Positions 44,458 to 54,142 of a DNA stretch of 64,000 nt are shown here, in pieces. The stretch comes from an uncultured delta proteobacterium (lineage in GTDB: Bacteria; Myxococcota_A; Polyangia; Palsa-1104). Location of the stretch: assembly GCA_963785725.1 (NCBI GenBank), contig CAWAWS010000007.1, positions 128,001 to 192,000 on the forward strand, given 5' to 3'. Position 1 is the first letter of the stretch. Every line of letters starts with the position of its first letter. A program made the translations under genes and the position numbers. Below the pieces are notes generated by a model that worked only from the letters and a program-made list of their open reading frames with translations, was not told the DNA's origin and did not search any database.

Positions 44458-45375
44458 ATGATGCCCCGGGCCCGCGCACGTGGATCGCGCCGACGACTCG
44501 GCTGGCCGTTCGGCCGGCAGGGCAATCGGCGCGTGCGCGCGACCGTGCCGGCCGAGCCGCGCCCGCCGTCGCCGCCGCTCACGGAGCGCGCGCGCGGCCT
44601 CGTCGGCCGCTGGCGCCGCACGCTGTTGGCGCTGCTGGCCTTGGCCGCGCTCGCGGGCAGCGTCTACGCCGGCCGCTGGTACGTTACGCACGCCCGCCAC
44701 TTCGCGCTGCGCGAAGTGCGCGTCACGCCGCTCGTTCACGTCAGCGCCGACGCCATCTTGGCGCGCGCCAACGTGCCGCTCGGCGGCAACCTGTTCGCGA
44801 TCGATCGCGACGTCGTCGCGCGCGCCGTCGCACAAGAGCCGTGGGTCAAGACGGTGCACGTGCGCCGCGAGCTGCCGTCGGCGCTGGTGCTCGACGTGAC
44901 CGAGCGCGAGCCCGCCTGCGTCGTCGCCTTGGGCGCGCTCTATCTCGCCGACGACAACGGCAACGCCTTCAAGCGCGCCACGCCCGACGAAGCCATCGCG
45001 CTGCCCGTCGTCACCGGCGTCACGCGCGAGGAATACCTGACCCAGCCCGATCGTGCGCGCGAGCTGGTTGCGCAAGCGCTGACGGCGATTAGGACTTGGC
45101 GAGCGCTTCCGGGGCGCGCTCCCCTGGGCGAGCTGCACATCGATCGCATCGCCGGCGTCACCGCCTACACGACCAACGGCGTCGGCGTGCGCATCGGCGC
45201 CGTCGACGACACGCTCGGCGAGCGGCTGCGTCGTTACGACGCCGTCGCCGGCGCGCTCGGCCAGTCGGGCGAAGAGCCGCGCCTCATCTATGTCGACAAC
45301 CGCGCGCGCCCCGATCGCGTGACGGTAAAACTCGCGGCGGCAGCCTCTGCCACGCACAGCGGGATCAAGGATTAA
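44458..45375 (+). CDS. ftsQ: Cell division protein FtsQ/DivIB
   Basis: Basic N-terminus, TM helix, POTRA (PWVKTVHVRRELP); position in the cluster. Confidence 0.85.
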   Translation: MMPRARARGSRRRLGWPFGRQGNRRVRATVPAEPRPPSPPLTERARGLVGRWRRTLLALLALAALAGSVYAGRWYVTHARHFALREVRVTPLVHVSADAILARANVPLGGNLFAIDRDVVARAVAQEPWVKTVHVRRELPSALVLDVTEREPACVVALGALYLADDNGNAFKRATPDEAIALPVVTGVTREEYLTQPDRARELVAQALTAIRTWRALPGRAPLGELHIDRIAGVTAYTTNGVGVRIGAVDDTLGERLRRYDAVAGALGQSGEEPRLIYVDNRARPDRVTVKLAAAASATHSGIKD

Positions 45376-45377
45376 GC

Positions 45378-46601
45378 ATGGCCAAGCGTGACGAGCTCGT
45401 CGTCGGCCTCGACGTCGGGACCACCAAAATCGCCTGCATCGTCGGCGAGGTGACCGCCGACGGCGTCGACATCATCGGCGTCGGCACCCATCCGTCGACG
45501 GGCCTGAAGAAGGGCGTCGTCGTCAACATCGACGCCACCGTGCAGTCGATCCAGCGTGCCGTCGAAGAGGCCGAGCACATGGCCGGCGTCGAGATCACGT
45601 CGGTCTACGCGGGGATCGCCGGCGCGCACATCAAGTCGCTCAACTCGCAGGGCGTGTGGGCGGTCAAGGACAAGGAGGTGCGCGAGAGCGACATCGCCGC
45701 CGTCCTCGAGCAGGCCAAGGCGATCAACATTCCGCAGGATCGCGAGATCATCCACGTCCTGCCGCAGGAATATACGATCGATCATCAAGACGGCATCAAG
45801 GAGCCGCTCGGCATGTCGGGCGTGCGCCTCGAGGCCAAGGTGCACCTGGTGACGGCGTCGGTGACGTCGGCGCAGAACATCATCAAGTGCTGCCATCGCT
45901 GCGGGTTGCAGGTGGCCGACGTCGTGCTCGAGCCGCTGGCGTCGGCCGACGCGGTCTTGCACGAGGACGAGAAAGAGCTCGGCGTCGCGCTCGTCGACAT
46001 CGGCGGCGGCACGACCGATCTCGCCATCTTCATCGACGGCGCCATCGTCCATTCGAGCGTGCTCGCCGTCGGTGGCCATCAGCTGACCGCCGACATCGCC
46101 TACGGTTTGCGCTCACCCCATTCCGAAGCCGAGCGCATCAAGCACAAGCACGGCTGCGCCATGGTCTCGATGGTCGGCGAAGACGAGATGATGGAAGTGC
46201 CGTCGGTCGGCGGTCGTCCGGCGCGTCAAGTGAAGCGGCAGTCGCTGTGCGCCGTCATCGAGCCGCGCGTGGAGGAGATCTTCATGCTCATCCGCCGCGA
46301 GATCGAGAAGGCCGGCTTCGAGGACAAGCTGGCGTCGGGCGTCGTCATCACCGGCGGCTCGACGATCCTGGAAGGCATGCCCGAGCTCGCCGAGGAGGTG
46401 CTCGGCATGCCGGTTCGCCGCGGCACGCCCATGGGTGTCGGCGGCCTCGTCGACGTCGTGCGCTCGCCGGCCTACGCGACCGGCGTCGGCTTGGTGGCGT
46501 ATGGCGTGAAACACTTGGGTGCGGCGCACTTCCAGCGCGGCGACGCCGACAAGCGCAACGTCTGGCACCGCATGCGCAACTGGTTCGGCGAGGTCTTCTA
46601 A
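45378..46601 (+). CDS. ftsA: Cell division protein FtsA
   Basis: LDVGTTK, DIGGGTT, AERIK, TGG. Confidence 0.96.
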   Translation: MAKRDELVVGLDVGTTKIACIVGEVTADGVDIIGVGTHPSTGLKKGVVVNIDATVQSIQRAVEEAEHMAGVEITSVYAGIAGAHIKSLNSQGVWAVKDKEVRESDIAAVLEQAKAINIPQDREIIHVLPQEYTIDHQDGIKEPLGMSGVRLEAKVHLVTASVTSAQNIIKCCHRCGLQVADVVLEPLASADAVLHEDEKELGVALVDIGGGTTDLAIFIDGAIVHSSVLAVGGHQLTADIAYGLRSPHSEAERIKHKHGCAMVSMVGEDEMMEVPSVGGRPARQVKRQSLCAVIEPRVEEIFMLIRREIEKAGFEDKLASGVVITGGSTILEGMPELAEEVLGMPVRRGTPMGVGGLVDVVRSPAYATGVGLVAYGVKHLGAAHFQRGDADKRNVWHRMRNWFGEVF

Positions 46602-48328
46602 AGGGTCGTGTCGACCGAAGGCGCCGGGCTCAGCTCGGCGCTGACCGTCGCGGGCGTGCCGCGGGTGCGCAGCCAGATCCGTCCGACGCCACCACCCCCG
46701 CTTGTGGCTGGCGTCAACAGCACTCCATCCGCGGAATAAGCCCCGTTACCCCCACTAGAAGTGCCGCCGGCGGCCGCAGACTGTGCGTCCTGACCGTTGA
46801 CGCCGTTGGTACCGGAAGTGGTGACAACTCCAGTCCCGGTACCCTTGCTAGTGGCGGCGCCGCCGCCTCCTCCGCCGTTGGCGAATAGCCCTGTGTGCGC
46901 GGCGGACGGGTCTGTCACGGACACTGTCGGCGCCTCTAAGAAAATCTCTCCTCCGGCGCCAGCAGCCGACAATCCCGCCCGCGACGAAGGCGAAGTGAAC
47001 GTGATATCGCACTCGCCGGTGCCACCGCCGCCCGAGGCCGAGATCGTGCTGCTCTCGACGAGAATTGAAACCGCGGACGAGATCTGAATCGCGCCGCCAC
47101 CTGCCCCGCCGACAGCGGTGGGGCAGCTCGTGCCGCCGGTAGAGGCCGTTCCCGCCCCGCCATGGCCACCGCCACAAAAGTCCGTCAGAAGGCCTCCGTA
47201 TGTGGCTCCGGCAGCGCCAGCATCGGGCGGACCCGCCGCACCGCCGCCAAAGTTGCCGCCGCCAGGGTCTTGCGTGGAAGTAGCATCGTGACCGGCACCA
47301 GTGGCCGAGCAGGGCGCGTTACCGCCCGGACCAGGCGTCGCGAGGTTGGCGTCCGCGTGCAGCGCCGCGTTGCCGGACAAGACGACGCTGCCGGCGGCGA
47401 TCACCGCCAGCGGCGCGTTGCCGGTCACCGTGACCGTCGTGGTGATATTCCACGTGCCGATCGAGAGCACCGCGATGCCGTTGTCGATGGCAAACGTCAC
47501 GCCCGTAGGGGGCGCGGCGCCGTTGATCGTCAACGCCGTCGTATCGATCGCCGTCACGCCGGACAAGTTGCCGGCGTTGGTCTTGTAAGCCGAAGCCGAC
47601 ACGTGGCTGGGGACGAAGAGCCAGTTGAACGTCGCCGTCACCGTCGTCGACTGATCGAGCGTCACGACGCAGCTCCCCGTGCCGACGCAGCCGCCGCCGT
47701 TCCAGCCGCCGAACGTGGCGTTCGTGGCCGGCACCGCGCCGAGCGTAACCATCGAGTGCACCGGATACACGCCGCTGCAGGTGGTCCCGCTGCACGTCAG
47801 CCCCGTCGCGCTGATGCTGCCCGTTCCGCTGCCCGCCAGTTGCACCGTCAGCGGGGCGTAGCCAATGAGATCGCCGGTGAGCGACAGATCGGCCGGGCCC
47901 GCGTCGCCTTCGGACGGCGCGCCACCGTCGTCACCCGTCAGATGTCCGAGCGTGACGTTGACCTTGGCGTGCGCGCCGGCCGTCAGCGTCGCCGACGTCT
48001 TGCCTTCGCCGACGTCGACGCCGCCGCTCGTGCCGACGATGTCGACCTGAATGGCCGTCGTCGGCGGTGCCGTCGGGAAGAGCACCGCCAACGCCACCGG
48101 CAACGCGGTCGAGCTGCCGCCTCCGGTGAGCGCCACCGTCTGCGAATAATCCAGAGCGTCGCCGGTCACGTGCACGCGGGCACCGCCGATGCGGCTGACG
48201 GTCGACGAGCCTTCAATCTGAATGGCGAGGCAGGTTCCCTTCTGGCCGGCACAGGGATCGACGAGCTTGGTGCCGCCGCATCCCGCGGCGATGAGCACGA
48301 GCGCGAAGCCGGCGAAACGAGCCTTCAT
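46598..48328 (-). CDS. Large lipoprotein with Ig/InlB-B-like repeat and Gly-rich C-terminal domain
   Basis: IAAG-C lipobox; LTVQLAGSGTG...FGGWNGGGC...VTATF repeat; GAGGGAIQI and GGGGVGRIWL motifs. Confidence 0.82.
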   Translation of the reverse strand: MKARFAGFALVLIAAGCGGTKLVDPCAGQKGTCLAIQIEGSSTVSRIGGARVHVTGDALDYSQTVALTGGGSSTALPVALAVLFPTAPPTTAIQVDIVGTSGGVDVGEGKTSATLTAGAHAKVNVTLGHLTGDDGGAPSEGDAGPADLSLTGDLIGYAPLTVQLAGSGTGSISATGLTCSGTTCSGVYPVHSMVTLGAVPATNATFGGWNGGGCVGTGSCVVTLDQSTTVTATFNWLFVPSHVSASAYKTNAGNLSGVTAIDTTALTINGAAPPTGVTFAIDNGIAVLSIGTWNITTTVTVTGNAPLAVIAAGSVVLSGNAALHADANLATPGPGGNAPCSATGAGHDATSTQDPGGGNFGGGAAGPPDAGAAGATYGGLLTDFCGGGHGGAGTASTGGTSCPTAVGGAGGGAIQISSAVSILVESSTISASGGGGTGECDITFTSPSSRAGLSAAGAGGEIFLEAPTVSVTDPSAAHTGLFANGGGGGGAATSKGTGTGVVTTSGTNGVNGQDAQSAAAGGTSSGGNGAYSADGVLLTPATSGGGGVGRIWLRTRGTPATVSAELSPAPSVDTTL

Positions 48329-48912
48329 CGCGACACCGTCACGGGCATGAGCGAGCCTTCCGTGTGCTGCGAGCCGCTGAGCCCGACCGCCAGCCCAGTC
48401 GCCGCGCCGGCGACGGCGACGCCGACGATCGTCCACAGCCACCACTTTTTGTACACCGGCTGTCGCGTGGAACGCGGCGGAGGCGCGCTGGCGAGCGCGT
48501 CGGCCGGGACCACGATCGGCGCGACGTTCGGCGCCGCGGTCGGCTTCTCGGCCGCACGCGCCGACCGCTCGGCCGCGAGATCCGCCTCCAGCGTCGCGAC
48601 CATGCTGTTGACCTCGTCGCGATTGGCCGCGTCGGGCCGCTTGCGCAGATACGAGCGGTAAAACTGAATCGCTTCGCTTTTGTGCCCGAGCTGGCGGTGG
48701 CACTGCGCGATGTTGAAGAGGAACGCCGGATCCTCGTACGCCAAGTAGGCGTTGCGAAAGGCCGTGAGCGCCGCGTCGAACTCGTTCAAGTCGAAGCGCC
48801 GCGTCCCTTCGGCGAACTCCCGGCGCGCCGCGTCTTTGTCTTCGGCGAATGCGGGCGACGAGAACGCCGCTGCCGCCGTCACGAGCGCGATTCCCAAAAT
48901 CAGTGTCTTCAT
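48325..48912 (-). CDS. Secreted TPR protein with C-terminal membrane segment
   Basis: Signal peptide; AFLFNIAQC...YRSYL; PVYKKWWLWTIVGVAV; ATGA overlap with the next gene. Confidence 0.85.
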   Translation of the reverse strand: MKTLILGIALVTAAAAFSSPAFAEDKDAARREFAEGTRRFDLNEFDAALTAFRNAYLAYEDPAFLFNIAQCHRQLGHKSEAIQFYRSYLRKRPDAANRDEVNSMVATLEADLAAERSARAAEKPTAAPNVAPIVVPADALASAPPPRSTRQPVYKKWWLWTIVGVAVAGAATGLAVGLSGSQHTEGSLMPVTVSR

Positions 48913-49167
48913 CCGCTGCCACTATCGCGCAACCGCGGCCGGTTTGGGTGTGATCATTGTGACAGCTCTCAACGCCGCGTCGGGGCATTTCGCCGCAGTT
49001 CCCGAGATATCCCCCACCGCGTCGGCAATAAACTGCTAATCACCGGTAAAGATTGGGTTCCCGCGCGATTCGCAAGTGTCCGCGATTGCTGACGGGTGGT
49101 GAAATAAGTCTCATCTTGTGGCCCTCTGACCCGGCTTGCTACGGTCCCAGCGTTAGGAGTCCAATCC

Positions 49168-50919
49168 ATGCGCATTGCTTCGAATTATGTAGCCCTGGCC
49201 CTCGCGGTCGCGGCCGGCTGCAGTAGCAGCAAGCCGGTCTCTAACGCCCAGCCGAGCGGACGCATCGCCAACGCGATCGACCTCGGCAGCGTTTCCCCTG
49301 ACTCGACGTACGACTTCATCGTCGCCATCGAGTCGCAGAATCAGCCGCTGCTGCACAAGTTCCTCGAGCAGCAGCAGATCACCGGCGAGACGGTGGGGCC
49401 GACGGAGTTCGCCGATCGCTTCAGCGTCTCGGCGGCCGAGTATTTGCGCGTCGCCTCGTGGCTGCGCGCGCACGACATGACCATCACGCGCATGGTCAAG
49501 GCGCGCAACACCATCAGCGTCCACGCCACGGCGGCGGCAATCGAGAGCGCGTTCGGCGCGCAGCTGCACAACTTCTCGGACGCGCAGGGCAAGTTCGTGG
49601 AGTCGGTGGTCGGCCTCACGATTTCGTCCGACGTCTCGGGCAGCGTCGGCGGCATCACCGGCGACTTCGACGGCTCGGCGCCGTGGTTCTCGCATATGCG
49701 CCATGCGGTCAGCCACAACCCGGACGCGGGCGCCGTGAACGGCGACGTGGCGAAGGGCACTGGCTTTGACAAGAGCTTCCAAGCGGCAAATCTCGAGTCG
49801 CTTTACAACACGTCGGCCATCACGATGCCAGGCATGGGCGAATCGGTCGTCATCCTGGGCGCTGTCGGCGTGCCGGCGAAGGGCGACCTGGACGCGTATT
49901 TCACGACCGATAAGCCCTACGGTCTGACGGCCATTCCGACCGGCAGCTACACGGTCGACAATCTCGGTGGCCAGCCGCGTGAGCCTGATTCAGGCGAAGG
50001 CGAAGAGAACACGCTCGACGCCGAGATGGTGCTGGCGTTCGCGCCCTATGCGACGGTCCATCACGTCATCACGGCCACCAACAGCGGTGCCTTGTTCATC
50101 GACGGCGCCACCCACATCCTCGACACGTATCCGGGCGCCGTCGCCGTCTCGGTCAGCTACGGCGGCTGCGAGCGCAGCTCGGCGGGAGAGATGCCGGTCC
50201 TCAATGCCATCCTCGCGCAGGCCAAGGCCGCCGGTCAGACGTGGTTCTTCGCCTCAGGCGACAACGGCACCGATGGCTGCCGCAACGGCCCCGGCAACAC
50301 GGTCGCGTCGGTCGGCTGGCCCGCGTCGAGCCCGTACGCCGTCGGCGTTGGCGGTACCGACATCGCCGCGACGCCCACGACGACACCGATCACCGGCGAG
50401 CAGGTCTGGAATGAGTTCGATCTGAACATGAACGGGTATTTTGGCGACACCTTTGGCGGCGGCGGAGGCGGTGGCGTCAGTGAGGCGCAGCTCAAGCCGG
50501 CGTTCCAAACGGGCGTCGGCCCGGGCGCCAGCGACGGCTCGCGCGACGAGCCCGACGTGTCCGCGCTCGGCGGCAGCCCGGGCGTCGAGCTCCTCATCAC
50601 GAACCCCCAAACGGGAGCCGTGGAAGCGACCAACATCGCCGGCACCAGCGCCGCGACGCCGATGTGGGCGGGCATGTGGGCGCTCATCGCGCAGGCCAAA
50701 GGGTTCACCACTCTCCCGAACGGCCTCGAGAAGATCTACGCGCTCGGCGCGGCCGACCAGAGCTTGACGACGGGCCAGAGCTTCAACGACATCGTCGTCG
50801 GCAACAACGGTGGCCCGGGTGAAACGCCGACGGGCGGCTACCCGGCCGGGAAGGGTTACGACCTCGCCAGCGGCTGGGGCACGCCCAACGTTCCCGCCAT
50901 CATCGCGAATTGGAAGTAG
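49168..50919 (+). CDS. S53 (sedolisin/kumamolisin) peptidase lipoprotein with propeptide
   Basis: VAAG-C lipobox; ENTLD (E-x3-D), ASGDNG, GTSAATP, GYDLASGWGTP. Confidence 0.92.
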   Translation: MRIASNYVALALAVAAGCSSSKPVSNAQPSGRIANAIDLGSVSPDSTYDFIVAIESQNQPLLHKFLEQQQITGETVGPTEFADRFSVSAAEYLRVASWLRAHDMTITRMVKARNTISVHATAAAIESAFGAQLHNFSDAQGKFVESVVGLTISSDVSGSVGGITGDFDGSAPWFSHMRHAVSHNPDAGAVNGDVAKGTGFDKSFQAANLESLYNTSAITMPGMGESVVILGAVGVPAKGDLDAYFTTDKPYGLTAIPTGSYTVDNLGGQPREPDSGEGEENTLDAEMVLAFAPYATVHHVITATNSGALFIDGATHILDTYPGAVAVSVSYGGCERSSAGEMPVLNAILAQAKAAGQTWFFASGDNGTDGCRNGPGNTVASVGWPASSPYAVGVGGTDIAATPTTTPITGEQVWNEFDLNMNGYFGDTFGGGGGGGVSEAQLKPAFQTGVGPGASDGSRDEPDVSALGGSPGVELLITNPQTGAVEATNIAGTSAATPMWAGMWALIAQAKGFTTLPNGLEKIYALGAADQSLTTGQSFNDIVVGNNGGPGETPTGGYPAGKGYDLASGWGTPNVPAIIANWK

Positions 50920-50927
50920 TGAGGAAA

Positions 50928-52715
50928 ATGATGCGCATCCAACTATTGCTTAGTTTCGTAGCCGTCGCCGCGATCGCCGGCTGCGGCAAGAGCCACCACG
51001 GCACGGGCACCGACGGCGGCGCGCCGGCCGATATGGCCGACGTCGCTCCGGCGCCGGTCGCGACGCACGTCAGCGCGACCGGCATCACCTGCTGCATGGA
51101 CAGCGACGGCGCCGCGACTCACGTCGCCTACTTGCTCAACGCTGCACCGCTGATACCGACCGTGGAGAATCAGAAGCTCAATCAGCCGATCGGAACCTTC
51201 GGCGAGCTGCACGTCGCCGGCTCAGACGGCAGCGACGTGGTGATCAACGCCACCGTGCCGCAGGGCAACTACATCATCTCTCCCGACGGCAAGTCGGTCT
51301 TCTGGGCCAACTTCGATCCCACCGCGTCGGTCACCACCGGCACCGTCTCCATCAATCGCTTCGACACCGGCACGAAGACCAACACGGTTCTGACTCCGTC
51401 CGGCGGTCCTTCGCAGTTCGCGGGCGAGCTCATGGACGGCACGCCGATCTTCGTACCGACGCCGTTCGCTTCGAGCACGTTCTTCAGCCCGTCGGGCAAG
51501 TATTTCTTGCTCGGCGTCCTCACGAACATGCAGCAGGTCGCGGGTGACTTGTGGGTGCTCGACGCCGACACCGGCGCCACCGTGCTCACGCGCGGCAACG
51601 GCGAATACCTCGACATTCAGGCCGTCCTCGCCGACGACACGCTGCTCTTCGAGGACACGGTCGGCGGCACGTCGACCGGCGGCGCCGCGCCGACGAATCC
51701 GGTGCAGAACCTCTACTGGCAGCCGATCAGCACGACGTCGACGGCGACCGCCATCACGACGCGCGTCGCCACCTTCGCGACGACGGCCGACGGCAGCCAG
51801 CTCGTCATCCTCCACGTCAACGGCGACATCGACGTGTGGGACACCACGAAGCACACGCTCAGCGCCACGCCCATCGCCTCGGGCGCGGCCAGCTTCACCC
51901 TCGGCAGCGACAGCAACGGACCGATCGCTTGGATCGGCACCGATCAGTCGTTGCACGTGACCGACACGTCGGGCGCCAAGACGCTCGACCTCACGGCCTC
52001 GGTGGCCGCGGCGGCGCTCTCCGGTACGCCGGTGTTCTCGTCCGACAACACGCACCTCTATTTCTGGACGACGTATGAGCTGCAGGCGACGCGCGGCACG
52101 CTCATGCACGTCGCGGTGAAGGCGGGCTCGACGCCGAACCACATCGCCGACAACGTCTCGGGACCCGATCTGCGCGTCACCGACTCGGCGCTCGTCTACC
52201 TGCAGAACGTGGATCAGCCGGGCCAACTCGGCGACGTCGTCACCTCGAACCTCGACGGCTCGAACCCGGTCGCGCTCAACATGAAGGCGAACGTCGGCGG
52301 GCTGCAGCTCTCGAACCCGCTGCCGAAGACGTGGAGCGCGGTGCACTTGTCGTCGAGCGTCGTCGATACGACGAACTCGCCGATCGTGGGCACGGCGCTC
52401 ACCGGCGCGCTGACGTTGGGCGCTTCGGGCGTCGGCACCGCGCCGGCCACCGAGACGACGATCGACCCGACCGTCGGCGCCAGCCAGTACGAGCTGTCGG
52501 ACGACGCGCATGACGTCGTCTTCATCGCCGGCGTCGCGTGGAACGGCACCGCGGGCAACTACGTGGGCGCGCTCAAGATCCTCGACATCCGGAACGACAT
52601 GCAATACATCGGCGGCGCCGTCGGCGTGTCCGAGATCTCGCCGGTCGCGAACCGCGCGTTCTTCGCGAACGCCCCGGTCGCGGCGATGGCCGGCATCTAC
52701 TACATCAAGTACTAG
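50928..52715 (+). CDS. Lipoprotein, probable beta-propeller
   Basis: AIAG-C lipobox; SPDGK, FSPSGK and FSSDN blade turns; GAGG RBS. Confidence 0.8.
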   Translation: MMRIQLLLSFVAVAAIAGCGKSHHGTGTDGGAPADMADVAPAPVATHVSATGITCCMDSDGAATHVAYLLNAAPLIPTVENQKLNQPIGTFGELHVAGSDGSDVVINATVPQGNYIISPDGKSVFWANFDPTASVTTGTVSINRFDTGTKTNTVLTPSGGPSQFAGELMDGTPIFVPTPFASSTFFSPSGKYFLLGVLTNMQQVAGDLWVLDADTGATVLTRGNGEYLDIQAVLADDTLLFEDTVGGTSTGGAAPTNPVQNLYWQPISTTSTATAITTRVATFATTADGSQLVILHVNGDIDVWDTTKHTLSATPIASGAASFTLGSDSNGPIAWIGTDQSLHVTDTSGAKTLDLTASVAAAALSGTPVFSSDNTHLYFWTTYELQATRGTLMHVAVKAGSTPNHIADNVSGPDLRVTDSALVYLQNVDQPGQLGDVVTSNLDGSNPVALNMKANVGGLQLSNPLPKTWSAVHLSSSVVDTTNSPIVGTALTGALTLGASGVGTAPATETTIDPTVGASQYELSDDAHDVVFIAGVAWNGTAGNYVGALKILDIRNDMQYIGGAVGVSEISPVANRAFFANAPVAAMAGIYYIKY

Positions 52716-52750
52716 CTCTCTTCCTCGGTCGGAGGCAGTCTCGCAAGAGC

Positions 52751-54142
52751 GTGACTGCCTCCGACGAACGCATCTACAAACGAGGCTTCTGGCTCGGCGT
52801 CTTCGACGCTCGATTGTTAGCCCTATTTCGGATCAGCTTCAGCACCGTCCTTCTGTGGGACGTGCTGGAGCGGCTGCGCGACTTCCACACCTTTTATACC
52901 GACCGCGGAATGTTCCCGCGCGCCACCGTCTTTCCCGGCCGCTGGGTCCAGCCGCCGCACTGGTCGCTCTTCGCGCTCGCCGGCGATGCGCCCATGGTCG
53001 GGCTGATATACGCTGGCGGCGTCCTCGCGCTGCTGGCGCTGCTGGTCGGCTATCGCACGCGGCTGGCCAGCGTCTGCTCCTGGATCTTCTTGCTGTCGCT
53101 GCAGCGCCGGCAGCCGAATATTCTCGATGGCGCCGATGCCGTCGAGAGCGTGCTCCTGTTCTGGCTGATGTGGTGCGACTCGGGCGCGCAGCTCAGCCTC
53201 GACGTTCGGCTCGGTCGTCGGGCGCCGCAGCTCGCCGTGCGCGCGCTGCCGGTCCGGCTCATCCAGCTGCAGATCGCCTGCATCTACTTCTTCACCGCGC
53301 TCGGTAAGAGCGACGTCAACTGGTACAACGGCGCCGCGCTCGGGCGGGTTCTACAGCTCACGGAGTTTGCGCGGCCGACGGCGGCTTGGATCCTGCGCTT
53401 CCCGACGCTCTGCCGGCTCCTGTCGATGGCCATCCCGCCGTCGGAGGCGGCGATCGGGCTCTTGATGCTGACGCCGTGGCGGCGTGCGCGTCAGCTGGCC
53501 GTCATGGCCGCGTTTGCGCTGCACGGATCGATCTTGCTGCTGATGGATGTCGGCATGTTCTCGCTCTTGATGCCGGCGGCGGTGATCATCGTGCTGTGCC
53601 GACCGGTGGTCGTGGAGTCGCTGCCGCCGCTGAGCAAATGGCAGATCGTCCCCGCCGCGTTGATGGCGATCGTGCTCGTCTCGTTGGCGCTGGAGCCGTG
53701 GCCGCGCGCCCTGCCGACGCCGCTCGCGCGCGTGCTGATGGCGACCGACCTCGGCCAGTCGTGGCCGATGTTCGGCCCCGATCCCGGTGGCTCCGACTAT
53801 TTCTGGCATGCGCCGGCCGTTCGCAGCGACGGCCGGCCGGTCGACGATCTGTTCCCCGAGATCGCGCCGCAGCTGCTGACGCGGATCTCGCACTTCAGCT
53901 ACGCCCGCTGGCTCAAGCTGCGCGAGGCGATGTGGTCGGAGCTGCCGCGGCGACAGGTCGCGGCTTATCTCTGCCGTCGCTATCTCGCCGACAGTGACGT
54001 GCCGCTGCGCTCGCTCGATTTGATGGTGACGCAGCGCTACATCGCGCCCAACGGCAAGACGCAGATGGGGCCGACTCGGAAGCTGCTACATCAGGAGTGT
54101 CTGCCTAGCCGCGACGTGAAGCGCGCGCCCGCCGCACGCTGA
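52751..54142 (+). CDS. HTTM-domain membrane protein with C-terminal QxWxMFxPxP domain
   Basis: LALFRI, LLVGYRTR, DGAD, QIACIYF...K...W..G, H..I...M.VG.F, then QSWPMFGPDP. Start inferred at GTG 52751. Confidence 0.82.
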   Translation: MTASDERIYKRGFWLGVFDARLLALFRISFSTVLLWDVLERLRDFHTFYTDRGMFPRATVFPGRWVQPPHWSLFALAGDAPMVGLIYAGGVLALLALLVGYRTRLASVCSWIFLLSLQRRQPNILDGADAVESVLLFWLMWCDSGAQLSLDVRLGRRAPQLAVRALPVRLIQLQIACIYFFTALGKSDVNWYNGAALGRVLQLTEFARPTAAWILRFPTLCRLLSMAIPPSEAAIGLLMLTPWRRARQLAVMAAFALHGSILLLMDVGMFSLLMPAAVIIVLCRPVVVESLPPLSKWQIVPAALMAIVLVSLALEPWPRALPTPLARVLMATDLGQSWPMFGPDPGGSDYFWHAPAVRSDGRPVDDLFPEIAPQLLTRISHFSYARWLKLREAMWSELPRRQVAAYLCRRYLADSDVPLRSLDLMVTQRYIAPNGKTQMGPTRKLLHQECLPSRDVKRAPAAR

